Shown here piece by piece: positions 48,520 to 62,199 of a stretch of 64,000 nucleotides of DNA. Both the position numbers and the translations under genes were made by a program. This stretch comes from Mobula hypostoma (taxonomy: Eukaryota), in the NCBI RefSeq assembly GCF_963921235.1, contig NC_086097.1:157048001-157112000 (forward strand), given 5' to 3'. How positions within the stretch are numbered: the stretch's first letter is position 1; every line of letters starts with the position of its first letter. A model generated the notes under the pieces. The model was given only the letters and a program-made list of their open reading frames with translations. It did not search any database and was not told the DNA's origin.

Positions 48520-49290
48520 AAGGAGGAATATTTTATCTGAGGGACACTGAAGAGAGAAGAGACCATGGTCTAGAAGTTTCTAGAGCTCAAGCCAGGTTAC
48601 TATGATGCCCTGTACCAAATATCGATTTGTGTCAATATAATTGTACACTTTTGATCTCCTTATTCAAGAAAGAATGCACATGCCACAGTAAGTATTGAAT
48701 GGATGGTTTCAGGATGAAAGACTTGTCATATAAGGAGATACTGTTAAGAAAGGAATCATATTCCTTACAGTTCAGATGATTGAAAGTAAATTGTATCAAA
48801 GCATAACATTTTAAGGGGTTTTGTACTTGAAATGTAGACAATATGCATTTCCTGGCAGAGGGAAGAAGAACCAATGAGCATTGCTTGAAAATAAGAGATA
48901 GTCTATTTAGGAATGAAACAAGGACAGGTTTATTTATTAAGATTGTTCCTATGCCTTAAAGAGATCTGACATATCACTGTTACTCCCACAGCAGCTCCCA
49001 ATCTGTAATCCTTACAAATAAGAAGGGCAAAGCAAGCAGATGCAAAGGAACCTCACGAGCTGCAGGTTCTGTACCAAAATGCATACCATCCTGATCTGGA
49101 AATATGTCACTTTTCCTTCAACAATGTTGAGTCTAACTCCTAGAACTTCCTCCCTAATATTATCATGGGAGTATCAATTCCAAAAGGACCATAATTTCCT
49201 CAGGTAGGTGGCTCACCAACAAGCTGGGCATTTAGGCATGGAGACTGAAAGCTGAGTTTGACATTCATGTTTATTTTCTAAAATGCAGAA
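48520..49290. mobile_element. Highly decayed CR1/L2-like fragments
   Basis: gaaaataagagatagtctatttaggaatgaaacaagg (CR1-like) and cttccttcaacaatgttgagtctaactcctagaacttcctccctaat (L2/CR1-like). Confidence 0.45.
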
Positions 49291-50889
49291 CAATTTAAAC
49301 CCATTTATGAAGATACATGCCAATTAAACATAAACTTACTTTTCCAGTTATTAATATTCCAAAGTTTTTTGAGAATTATTCTAAGTCTACCATTGCAGGA
49401 TATGGAAAGAACCTAAGTCTTTTCTGATCCATGCAACTCAATATCATGTGGTCCTGAACCAAATAAGTGGGAAGTTTTAAAATTCTCATTGTCTTACATC
49501 TAATCAATGTGCATGAAAATATATTGTCCATTTTGGCAATTAACAGAGAACACACTGTCCTTATAATACTTTCCGAAGACCAAAAGAAAAAAGTAACTTA
49601 GATTTATGCAACACTTTCTCATGTTGCCAAAACATCGCAAAGATCTTGACATGATGAATTTTTTTTGGACTGAAGAAATAGTTGTTGTAAGAATGAGCTT
49701 CAGTATAATTTCTGAATCAAAATATTTTATTTGAGGGACATTAAAGAGAGAAGTGCAGTATGATCAGAATAGTCTGTCATCCTTTCAAAGAATATTGTAA
49801 AACAAAAATGTCCTATGTCTCATTATGTTGTCACTGTTCAATGGAACACTGATATTTATTAATTCAGACTAAATTCACAGCAAGCATTACAATTATTAGT
49901 GAGAATGTGGGGCCGATCTCAATATTAAACACACAACAGGTGGCCCCTGGGTCGAGAGGTCTGCTTCTTGTCTGCTTTTACTAACAACAACAATATTTGG
50001 AGGGCGTGGCCTCACTTGCATGTAACCAGCAGATATGGTTGGCAAGCCAGTACTCTGAGACACAAGTGCCAATCCCGTATTGTAGGCACCTCACAATCTG
50101 AAGAGAATAGAACATTAGCAGGCTCCTGAGGAAAGACAGTCTTGGAAAGGAGATTTGGAGGTGTAGCTAGAATATTCCTTAATTCAGTCGACCAACTTTG
50201 TACAGCACAAATAATATTCTTTGTAGCACTTTGAAACAACTAGACAACTTGCCAGCCCTCTAAAGAGGGAAATTAAAAGTCAGCGACTCTGGCCTGAGAT
50301 GGGGAACGCATATAAAACAGTTTGAGTAATGAATGAAGGTTCATTTCTCTGGAATAGTAGAAAAACATCGAGATTTCTTATAAAATATAGTAGTATTACG
50401 TTCACTTCTATTGATTCTTGTATGTTGTCTATTCCAAACATATTCTTAATCAGAATTAATTTTCCCCACTGCCATATTGTTAATTGAGCTCATATGCTCT
50501 TTTCTTTAAAACAGTGTGGGAATGGCTATGTTGCTGATATAATGAACTCATAACATGGAAAGTTTAATAGCCCCATTAATTGCACAACTGTTTTGGACCT
50601 CATCAGTCAGGATCAGGCTAATGCTTTGCAGTAAGCTGACCGTGATTGATCTGCAAGGTATAAGTGCATACCACAAAGGTCAATGGTGAATGTGGGCAGT
50701 GCATTCCCGGCAGCAAGTTCTATCATCTTTCTGCTACATGTTGTAAGAAAACAAAAGAAAGGTTCAGAACTTCATGTTTGGTTCTGGTTTAAGATGGTGC
50801 TTGTGAAACACAGTGACAACTTGCTGGTAGCAAACAAATCAAACAAAACTATAAGTTACTGTATTAGTCACACTTTTTCTCAGATATGA

Positions 50890-51686
50890 TCAGTAAAATC
50901 AATAGCCTGTAACTTCCAGTTTGGAGTTGAGCTTTTGAACTGCCTTCATGACCTGGCATTCTTGCAGTGTGAACTGAAGTTTCGAAGGTACAGGACAGTT
51001 GCAGCCTATTTAGTGAATCTTGGGCCTGGGCCCAAAAGTGGGAAATGAGCCAATGTTTGGCCATTGCTGGAGCGGACTTAGAGGCAATTCAATGTGGCAG
51101 AACTGGAGACGAGGAGATCAAAGCAGCAGGGTCCAGGCCTAGTCCCATGAGTGAGGAAACACCCAAGGTTTGATGGATTTAACCGCTGGCTGAATTGGGA
51201 AGGTCAGGTTTGGGCCGAACTGAGGCAGCGTGGCCCAGGCCCAAGAGCATATCGAAACAGCAGAATCCAAGTTAGAGAATGAGAAACTGCCTGAGATTTG
51301 GCCAATTTCAGTGCTGGACTAAATTGAAAAGTCAGGGTATCGGGGCTGGAAGTGAAGTATGGGCCCATATTCAGCTCTCTACCCCATGAGGCTTACTTCT
51401 CTCTGTGTTGAACTGAGGCTGTGGCCTACGACTAATGGGCTCCTGAATCACCTGCAGTGATGACTGGCTTTGTGACCATGGATACACTTTCATGAAGTTC
51501 AGTTCTCAATGTTATTTGTTTACTTTTATTGTTTGCACAATTTGTTTTGTTTTCTACACATTAGGTGTTTGACGGTCTTTTTTAATGGGTTCAATAGGGT
51601 TTCTTGTTTTGTGGTTGCCTGTAAGAAGACAAGTGTCTAAGTTGTATGTCGTATACTTTGATAATAAATGTACTTTGAACTTTGAA
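50890..51686 (+). mobile_element. Non-autonomous element with a GC-richer, internally repetitive body and a Rex/L2-like tail
   Basis: Ends tgataataaatgtactttgaactttgaa. The tail resembles the Rex 3'UTR at 29690-29870 (reverse strand). No coding similarity seen upstream. Confidence 0.55.
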
Positions 51687-51899
51687 TGTAATTGTAAGCA
51701 TTAAAATTAAGACCCTATGTGGGAACAAAGAATTGATCATTAGGTTCAATAAATGATTATCACAGCCCTGAACAAATCTGACCTAATTGTACCCTCCTTC
51801 CCTTCTTCCCTTCTTCCATTAATGGAATGGAGATCTCTGATGCCAGCAATACAGTTCATCTCCCAATCTCTGTGTTCTCCTCTGCCATATAAATATAGA

Positions 51900-52650
51900 G
51901 TCAAAAATCTTACCTCATGGAAACATTCCTTTCAACCCAACTATGATACCACCTCCCTAGTAATATGAACGTTTTCCATATCATAGCCACTTGTTTTCAT
52001 TTTCTCTTGAGCAACCATCATTTTCTCTTCAGTAAACACCATGGAGAAAAATTCCCTAAAAATTCATCATACCTTCTCTAGCTCAGGAGTTAGGTGGCTC
52101 TACTGATCTCCAAGGAGACTTACTCTCTCCCTGAACAACCTTTTACTCTTATTATAACCATAAAACCTCTTGCAAATTTCCTTAATCTCACATGCCAAAT
52201 CTATCTCATACATTCTCTTCATCCCTCTAATTTCCTTCTTAGGTGTGTTCTCAATTTTGTTTATAGTCATCAATGGATTCACTTGTCCTCAAATTACTAA
52301 ACCCAATGTTTGTGTCTTTCTTTTACTTGACCAGAGCCTCAGTATTTCTTCAGTTAAGTTTCCTTACACTTGCCAGGTTTACCTTCACCCTAACAGTAAT
52401 ATGCTGCTTCTGAGCTTCTGATATCACTGTCTTGCTTGAGGGTGTAAAACCAGAAGTCTCCCATTTGCCATTTGTATCTTTTTCCTTCAAATAGGATCAC
52501 GCAGATCAGACTCCGCTATATCTTCCCCAAAATTAGTGCTCCCCAATTTAGGATATTAACTTGTGGACCTGCCTATTCTTTTACCATCTTAAAATTAATG
52601 GAATTACGGTCACTATTCATCCTACAATTTAATTTTCAATTATGTGCACA
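51900..52650 (-). mobile_element. Old CR1 ORF2 linker fragment
   Basis: ORF 52100..52282 reads KKEIRGMKRMYEIDLACEIKEICKRFYGYNKSKR. Confidence 0.7.
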
Positions 52651-54639
52651 TCTAACATCAATTTAACTGTTCTACGATGATATCTAACACATATCTTTAT
52701 GTTTTAGTTATATAGTTTCCCCAAAATATATATTTTCAGGAAGCCATTGATGTCCTGAAGCACATAATCCATGTTTCGGGAAGTGAGGCAGCTTGGACAA
52801 TGTCAACTGATAAGAGCTACTAGCAGCATTCCCTTCAAAAAACTTTTTGGTTTTGTTTTGTGGTCTGATGAAAACTTCAAGAGAATTCTCACACATTCAG
52901 TAGCAAAGTGACATAACTGAACCTGGCGCCAACATTTTCAGTAAGCTGGTCACTGGATGAGCTCCAATGATGTTCTTTGATTAGGAACAAAAGAGTGTTT
53001 AAATTAGTGTATCAAAGTGAGCAAAGCACAGGAAACAAATTCACGATTTCTGATTTTGTATTGGATCAGGTCAAGTTCAGTCTTTAGGTGGTCCTCCCTG
53101 ACTAGAATTGTAAACAGGTGGTGTGAAAGCAAAGCCTTGTTCAGGATACAGTTCAGCCATTCTGTATTGTGTTTCTTTAATAAAACATAATTACATCAGT
53201 CAAGGCTTTTTTTTACAGATCTCCATTCACATTCTCACTTGAAAAAGACACGGCCATGGATTCATTTATAAATCCCTGGAACTACAAAGATAACATTGAC
53301 AAAAAAAGAGAGAACTACTTCTGTGAGCCAGGAAGGGGAGGGTTCTTGTCAGCTCATCTTGATAAATCAAGCCTCTCTCCAAGATAACTCACGTAAAAGG
53401 AAAATAAATCATGTTCTTCCATGACAACAATTGATTTCCACTATTTTAGATAAAAAGCAACACACATGAAAAACCTTGTAGCTTTATTCCTTTATAAAAA
53501 CTTGAAAAAGGAAAGACAGCGGAGATAAGTGTTTTATAAATTTTCTTCACAGCTTGTTCATCTTTGCAGCACAGGAAGGCAAATACTAATGCAGAACACA
53601 TCACTCCAGCTGAGAATATGAATTGTGGGAAAGCGACAAAGCAAAACAATCATTTTCAGGTACCTCGCCAGTTGGAATCCTACTGGATCAGGATTTTATA
53701 TTCCTGAAATTGTTGTCCAATTATTTTTCAAAGCGATAAATATTGGTTCTGGAGTTTAACCAGTTTTTTGCCAGGTATAATCAATTTGCTACTGAGTGCA
53801 TAGAGTTAATATTGTTCTCCTTGCATTCAAACCTGGAGGATTTAATCCAATCATCAGCTCTTTACTGGGCACTGTTTTTCAAATGATCCGACAAAAAACC
53901 AAAAATTTTTGCAGGGTTTCAAGCAATCATACCTAATCATAAGAGTTTCAATAATGATCAGTATAGAAAGATATTATGATTGCATATTATCATATGTTCT
54001 TCAAAACAACTAACAATATTCTTAAGTAGTGATGAAAAAAGTGAACTATTTTGATAAATATCACATCAACAAAATAGTGCAGTCTGCTGTTGCCAATATG
54101 AGCTACAAAATAATACTTTCCTCAGACGGCTTCATCCGGAACAGTTTAAGGAAGATGGTTGACCTCTCTACTTTGTAACATCACATCACAATCCGATAGC
54201 CAACTGGACTAATGCCTAATTTCTCAATGTGCAAAGACTGAACTATAACCGTTGTGAATGCAATGTAATTTGATTCTTTCTGGTTGTTGTTCATTCCCAT
54301 TCATTCATTCTAAGGGTAATTTTCAAAAATAATAGCAAATGGGACAATGGAAACCTGTACTTTGGTGACATAATTTTATCTTTGTGGCTTAAATAGTCAG
54401 TAGTGCACACTATTGTACAAATGAACAATCAGAGAAATCATAGTTAACTATATAATGTAATGAACTAAATACATTAATAAACAATTCTTACATTTTATAG
54501 TAGCTATAACTTGCGAAATAAATGGGTAAATTATGGATGCTAAATTTAATAGCTGTAACTTTTTAAAATTGCATATGTTTACCATATATTATATTACAAA
54601 ATTACAGTATATTTCCTATTATATTATAAACTGTGCCTA

Positions 54640-54965
54640 TATTTCCATATGACAGAGATACAGCTCATCAACTCCATGCCAGCTGTTATCTATCCCATTC
54701 CCCTATGTATTTCCAAGCAACTTATTCTCTCTGACACAAGCCCTTTAATGTCACTGCAATTCATCTACCTATTGCTTTTGGTAATCATGGCAACTGATTG
54801 CCCACCTTTAAGATGTGGGAAGGAATGAGAGCATCTAAGGGATATTCATGCATTCACAGGAAACATAAACACACTCTACATATGCAATAGCTAAACTCAG
54901 GATTGAACCTGAGTCACTGGATCTGTGAGACAGCAGCATCATCTGTTGTGCTACTGTGCTGCTCT
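54640..54965 (-). mobile_element. Degenerate tRNA-derived (V-type) SINE
   Basis: Minus-strand head gagcagcacagtagcacaacag...gactcaggttcaatcctg (A and B boxes). Confidence 0.65.
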
Positions 54966-55019
54966 TAACCTAAAAGCAGCCAGATGTCATGTTACACTAC
55001 TGGCATATTGCAGTGGGTG

Positions 55020-55295
55020 GGAATTGAAGGTAGGTTGTACACCTGAAGCACCAGTGCCATTAACAATAACCACAAAGCTGCTGAACAACATTTCAGTATG
55101 AAGTGCCAGTAGTGTTACACTGTTCACTTTTTAAACTAGAGTCATAAATGCACTTTACTATTTGTTAATTTGCTAGTTGTAATATAATGTTACGGAGTTA
55201 TGTGTGTGAGTTATATGTACTGTATTGTGTACCTTGGTCTGGAGGAACATTGCTTCATTTGGTAGTATACCTGTGTGCGGTTGAATGACAATAAA
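55020..55295 (+). mobile_element. Rex/L2-type LINE 3' tail
   Basis: ggaggaacattgcttcattt..gaatgacaataaactaaacttgaacttg. Confidence 0.6.
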
Positions 55296-55744
55296 CTAAA
55301 CTTGAACTTGTACAATTCTATCAGGAAAGAAATCCAACTTATTATTAAGTCTGGCCAATATCACAATACATAGTTTTGTGACATATAAGGTTACTTCATG
55401 CATTACATCTTTGCTGACTGCCAGAGCAATCCTGTCACTCCCATCTCCTTGTTTCACTTATATCTTTGTAACCCATTCTCTTTCACACATCTCTCAACAT
55501 TGTTCTGACTCCTCTTACCACTAAAATATACTAGAAGTAATTTTCAAAAGCCAATTGACCTATGAACCAGCACATCTTTGGAATGTGGGAAGAGACATGA
55601 AGCAGGGAGAGGTACCCATAAGATCTCAGAGAGAATCTATGAAGTCAACACAGATAGCATTGGATGACAATACTATAGCCAGGTTTCTGATACTGTGAAA
55701 TACCCATATGGTGTGTCCAACTGTGCTAAGTCAGTTGGCTCTTA

Positions 55745-56220
55745 GATTCACAGAGTCATACGGCCCTACTTATCAATGTCAATTAAAATGCCCATTTAAA
55801 CTAGTGCCATTTGTCAGCGCTTGACCCTCTAAATCTTTCCTATCCATACATCTGTCTAAATGTATTTTAAAAGTCATTATTGTCTCCGGCTCAGCCACAT
55901 TCTCTGACGAGTTCCATAAATGTACCACACCTGTGCGAATACAATTTCCCCTCCCCAGGGAATAAAGTTAGCCTGCCCAACGTATCCATAATGTCCCTCA
56001 GTTCTTGGAAACATCCTTATGTTTTTTTCTGCATAAAAGTGTAATGACATCTTTCCTACAGCAGGGTGACCAAGACTGAACACAATACTCCAAGTGTGGC
56101 CTCAACAACATCTTGTACAACTGCAACATAATATTCCGCTTTCTATACTCGTTGTCTTGACTGATGAAAGGCATCTTGCCAAAAGCTTTCACCACCATCC
56201 CCTCTACCTGTAACACCATT
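55745..56220 (-). mobile_element. CR1 3' fragment
   Basis: LYKMLLRPHLEYCVQSWSP. Confidence 0.8.
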
Positions 56221-57589
56221 TGCTCAGCAACAATTACATATGTACAATAAATCCCAGCATTGTCAGTGATATCAAATTTGTATTAAAATGCTTAAGGTTA
56301 TTATTAGACTGTTCTGTATGTAAAATTAATTAAAAGTTTGTAAGAGCATGGGCACTGGGAATTTAATTAACTTCTGTTGTTTACTGAAACTTTAGGTTTT
56401 GCACCTATGCTTTAAGGCTGAAACCCTGTTGAGGGGGCTCAGTCTCAAATGTTGACTCACTATTCCTCTTCATAGGTGCTCCTAGACTTGATGAGTTCCT
56501 CTAGCATTTTGTGTGTTTATTATTCCGAGTTTGACTTGTATGTTTTATAAAAGGTGAATTTATATAAGCTTTATACAAGGTAAGGAATTGAGAAAGCAGT
56601 GCTGGATTTAACAGATATAACTGTACTGACATTACTCTAGATAGCTATCTAATCTAACTCACTATTTTGTGGTAGATGAAGGAAAGACAGAAGTATCTGA
56701 GCTTATGGGTGGCTGGAAAACATAATGGTTAAATTGCTGAATGTAGATCTGGCTGTATGAACTCTTATTCCAGTGAATGGCAACTGGGGAATTCAAAGTA
56801 ATTAAGTACATTTGGAATAAAGGACTATTATAATTCACTTTAATCCTTTATCCCATTTCCATTCTGACTTTTTGTTGTTCAACTGAAGCTCAATGTGAAA
56901 CTAAGGAACTATGCCTTCCCTTCTGTCTCAGCAATTTCCAGCCTGAAAGACTCTGTATTAAAGTCAGGTAACTTCCTTTTCCTATTTATGTCAGAAATAA
57001 CCATTTATCTGTAACTATAATAATCCAGACTCTTTCTCTCACAGATATTAGCAGAAAGGCTGGACCTTTCCAATATTCTCTTTGTGATTCCGGGCAGAAG
57101 TACTCACTGCTTTACAACATCCCTTTGTTTTCAGTCTCTCTCAAAATATCCTTGTTATACAATTAACCAGATGGTTCCATTACTTGGACAATACACATTA
57201 TTGCCCAATTAGAGTCATTCTCTTTGTCCAATACATCCCTTTGTCTAGTCTATCCTTTTATCCGCCCTGTAAAAATTGTTTTTCATTATGAAAAAAATCT
57301 TATTGTTCATTTTTTAGTTTTCAGTTCTTACAAGTGACCTTCAGAACTTACTTTCTGTTTTTTCCCCTCATTTTTATGAAAGATCTTCAAATCAAAATGT
57401 TAACTTTGATTCTCTTTCCACAGATTCTGCCTGAGTTTCTGCGTATTTCCACTATTTTCAGTTTTCACTCTGCAATCTATTTTCTCTCATTGAGTGTTAC
57501 AGATCGACATGTTCTGCACAGCCTAGATTAAAGTGAGTATAGATGAAGAACTGGCGACTCTTGGGCATTTGCCAGCTGTCATCTCAGTG

Positions 57590-60500
57590 TACATAGAACA
57601 TAGTGCAGTACAACACAGGAATAGGACAATGCTGTGCCAAACCAATTAAAGTAGTAATCAAATGGCCAACTAAGCTAATCCCCTTTACCTACACAATATC
57701 CATATCCTTCCATGTCCCTCATATTCATGTGCCTATCTAAATGTCTCTTAAAATTCCTTAGTAGATCTGCCCCTACTAATACCCCAAGGAGCCCATTCCA
57801 GACACCAAACACCACTACATAAGAAAAAAATGCCCTTCACATCTTCTTTCACATTAAATGCACTCCCTCTGATTTTAGACAATTCAATGTTGAAAAGAGG
57901 TAAGACCTTAAGGCCATAAAATATAGGAGCAGAAGTAGGCCACTTGGCCCATTGAGTCTGCCCCACCATTTCATCATGGCTGAACCACTTTTCTTCTTAG
58001 CTCCAATCTCCTGCCTTCTCTTATCTCTTCATGCTCTGACCAATCAGGAATCTGTCAACCTCTGCCTTAAATATAGAGAAAGACTTGGCCTCCACAACTG
58101 CCAGTGGCAAAGAATGCCACAGATTCACCACTCTCCGGCTAAAGAAGTACCTCCTCATCTCCATTCTAAAAGGATACCCCACTATTCTGAGGCTGTCCTC
58201 TGACCTTAGACTCTCCTAACATAGAAAATATCCTCTTCATATCCACTCTATCAAGGCTTTTCACCATTTGATAGATTTCAATTAGGTTGCCCCTCATTCT
58301 TCTGAATTCAAGTGAACAAAAGCCCAGAGCCATCAAAGCTCTTCATATGACAAGCCATTCAATCTTGGAATCATTTTCATGAACTTCCTTTGAACCCTCT
58401 CCAGTTTCAGCACATCCTTTCTAAGACGAGGCGCCCAAAACTGCTCACAATACTCCAAGTGAGGCCTCACCAGTACTTTAAGAAGTCTTAACATTATATC
58501 CTTGTGTTTATATTCTAATCCTCTTGAAATGAATGCTAACATCACATTTGCCTTCCTCACCACAGACTCAACCTGCAAGTTAACCTTTAGGGAATCCTGC
58601 ACAAGGACTCCCAAGTCCCTTTGCGCCTCAGTATTCTGTGTTTTCTCTCCATTTAAAAAATCGTCAGCTCTTTCATTTCTTCTAACAAAGTGCATGACCA
58701 TACTGTTGTGTATCTGCCATTCCTTTGCCCATTCTCCTAATCTGTCTAAGTCCCTCTTGTAGCCTCTCTATTTCCACAAAATACGTGCCCCTCCTCCAAT
58801 CTCCATATCGTCCACAAACTTTGCAACAAAGCCATCGATTCCATCATCCAAATTACTGATCTATAATGTAAGAAGTATCAGCACTATCACAGACCCCTGT
58901 GGAACATCATTAGTCACCAGCAGACAACCAGAAAAGACTCCCTTTATTCCCACTCTTTGTCTCCTGCCAATCAGTCATTGCTTTATCCATGCTAGAATCT
59001 TTCCTGTAATATCATGGCTTGTAGTTTATTAAGCAGCCTCGTATGTGGCATCTTGTCAAAGACCTTATGAAAATCCAAGTACACAATATCAACCAATTCT
59101 CCTTTGTCTTGTGGAGTGACATTTTCAATTTTCCAGTCCTCCAGAACCATTCCCGAAACTAGTGATTCTTGAAAGATCATTACTAACGCTTTCACAGTCT
59201 CTTCAGTCACCTCTTTCAGAACTCTGGACTGTACCCCATCTGTTCCAGATGACCATCTATCTTCAGACCTTTCAGTTTCCCAAGAACCTTCTCTCTAGTT
59301 ATGGTAACTTAACATACTTCATGACCATTGACACCTGGAACGTCTACAGCACTGCTAGTGAATTCCACTGTGAAGAATGATGCAAAATACTTATTCAATT
59401 CATCCACCATTTCCTTGTTCCCCATTACTACCTCTCCAGCATAATTCTCCAAAGGTCTGATGTCCACTCTCACCTCTCTTTTACACTTATGTGTCTGAAG
59501 AAACTTTTGCCACCCTCTTTAATATTATTGAACAGCTTACTTTTTGTATTGCATCTTTACCTTCTTAATGAATTTTCTAGTTGCCTTCTGTTGGTTTTTA
59601 AAAATATCCAATCCTCTAACTTCCCACTAATCTTTGCTTTAATATATGCCCTCTCTTTGGTTTTAATGTTGGTTTTGTCTCCTCTTATTAGCCCTGATTG
59701 TGCCATCTTCCCTTTAGAATACTTCTTCCTCTTTGAGATGGATATATCTTGCTCCTTCTGAATTGGTTCCAGAAATTCCAGCCATTGCTGCTCTGGCGTC
59801 ATCCCTGCCAGTGTTCTTTTCTACAGCCTCTCCTCACTGCGCATTGCCTCTCTTTGTAAATCAGCTACTTCATCTTCAGCACTATCATCCACCTTTCCAA
59901 CAATACTTTTTGCATTAAGATATACGCAGCTCAGGACATTAATCATACCATGCTCAACCTTTTGATTCCTAACATTTCCTGAGGTCTTAACAACATCCGC
60001 CTCCATAACCTCTCCACTAACTGTTCTGACACTCTAGTTCTCATTGCTTTGCAACCCTGCAACCCTATTTTAAACCCCTCTATGCATAAATCACAATGCT
60101 AGGATATTAGTCCTCCTCCAGTTCAGGTGCAGACTGTCTGATTTGTACAGGTCCCACTTTCACTGGAAGAGAGCAAAATGATCCAGAGATATTATGCCCT
60201 TCCTCCTACACCAACTCCTTAGCCACGTATTAAACTGTATAGTCTTCCTAGTTCTGGCCTCACTAGCACATGGCACTGCTGGCACTCCTGAGATCACTAC
60301 CCTGGAGATCTTGCCCTTTAACTTAGCACCAAACTCCCTGAACTCCCTGTGTAGAACCTTATTAATCATCTTACCCATGCCATTGATACCCATATGGAGC
60401 ACAACTTCTGGCTGTTCACCTACCCACTTAAGAATATTGAGGACTCAATCCGAGATATCCCGGACCCTGGCACCCGGGAGGCAACATATCATCTGGGAAT

Positions 60501-61850
60501 CTCACTCTCGCCCACAGAACCTCCTGTCCATTCCTCTAACGAATCGTCTATCACCACAGCACGCCTCTTCTCCCTCTTTTCCTTCTGAGCCGCAGAGGCA
60601 GACTCAGTGCCAGAGATCTGATCATTGTGACTTTCCTCTGTTAGTTTATACCGCACACCCTCTCCCACTCCCGACCATATCCAAAGTGATGTTGTTGAAA
60701 GGAATGGTTACAGGGGTACTCTGCTCTAGCTACTTAACCCCTTTTCCCTTCCTGAAAGTCACGCAGTTTCCTGTATCCTGGACTTTGGGCATTACTATCT
60801 TTCTGAATGTCCTATCTATCACCTGTTCAGCCTTCTGAGTGATCTGGAGCTCATCCAGTTCCAGCTCCAACTGCATAACATGGATTGCTAGAAGCTGTAG
60901 CTGGATGCACTTCTCTTAGTTGTCGTTGTCAGGGACACTGGAGGTCTCCCTGTCTTCCTACATCCTGCAAGGGGAGCTTGCAACTAACCTGCCAGGGATC
61001 TCTACTGTTCAAGCTGAGTAGATATAAAGAAGGGAAGGAAAATAATCTGTCTGCTCTAGCTATGCCTCTCATAATCTTATAAACAACTATCAAATCTCCC
61101 CTCACCCTCTGCTGCTCCTGAGAAAACGACTGAAGTTTATACAAAATCATCTTGTAACACACACCATCTAATCCAGGCAGCATCCTTGTAAAGCTATTCT
61201 GCACCTTCTCCAAAGCCTCAATATCCTTCCAATAATGGGGGAGGTGTGTGATGGGAGGTCCAGAACTGTATGCAATACTCCAGATGCAGCCAAACTAGAG
61301 TTTATAGAGTTGCAACATAACTTGATGCCCCAACTCATAAAATCAGTTTATGCCTTCCAAACCACCTTGCAACCTGTGCAGCCACTTTCAGGGAACTTTG
61401 AACATGGACTCCAAGGTCCCTCTCCTCAACAACACTGTTAAGGGTCTTGCCCTTAACAGTGTACTGTCTCTTTAAATTTGACCTACCATAGTGCCACATT
61501 TCACAGTTGGCCAGGTTAAACTCCATCTGCCATTTCTCTGTGTATATCTGCAGCTGATCTATATCCTGCTGTATTCTTGACCACTCTTCAACGCCACCAA
61601 TCTTTATATCATCCGCAAACTCACTAACCCACCCATCTACATTTTTATCAATTTTTTTATCCATTTATATGCATCACAAACAGCAGAGCTCCCAGTACTG
61701 ATCCCTGTGGAACACCACTAATTACAGACCATCAGCAAGACTAAGTTCATTCAACCACTACCCTCGGTTTTCTGCGGTCAAGCTATTTCTCAATCCAAAT
61801 GGCAAATTCACCATGTATCCCATGCACCTTAATCTTCTCGATGAGGCAAG
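57590..61850 (-). mobile_element. Host CR1 (57590-57900 and ~61040-61850) split by a nested CR1
   Basis: Tail acatagaacatag at 57590. The RT resumes at ~61040 (MEKVQNSFTRMLPGL; WVSEFADD). Confidence 0.8.
57900..61000 (-). mobile_element. Nested CR1 spanning ORF1 to the 3' tail, with several internal deletions
   Basis: Tail taagaccttaaggccataa; RT pieces (DFHKVFDK; LVRPHLEYC); EN start CVYLNAKSI; ORF1 esterase pieces at 60160-60900. Confidence 0.87.
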
Positions 61851-62199
61851 GAAATATAGTTTTATGGTTGTTTTTATAGGAAGGAAGGTTGCCAAGGATA
61901 ACTTGCCTTACTTTATTGAACCCATCCTTCCTCACAGCATCCCTTGCACCATCTGCTGATTTCCTTCATCCTGAGAGAAAACCACACAAGAAAACAGCTT
62001 GCACACTCTCAAGGAATAATAGTATTTTATGGATCCAATTAACAACTATACATGATACTCTTGTCAATTTCAAAATGTCTCTGTCCACATGGATGTTGCT
62101 TCATCAATTACGTTCTCCCAGAGGATATTGGTGGAAAAGGAAAAGGAAAAGGAAGTAGAGTTATATACTATTTTTTTAATTTGGAAGGACAACAAACGT

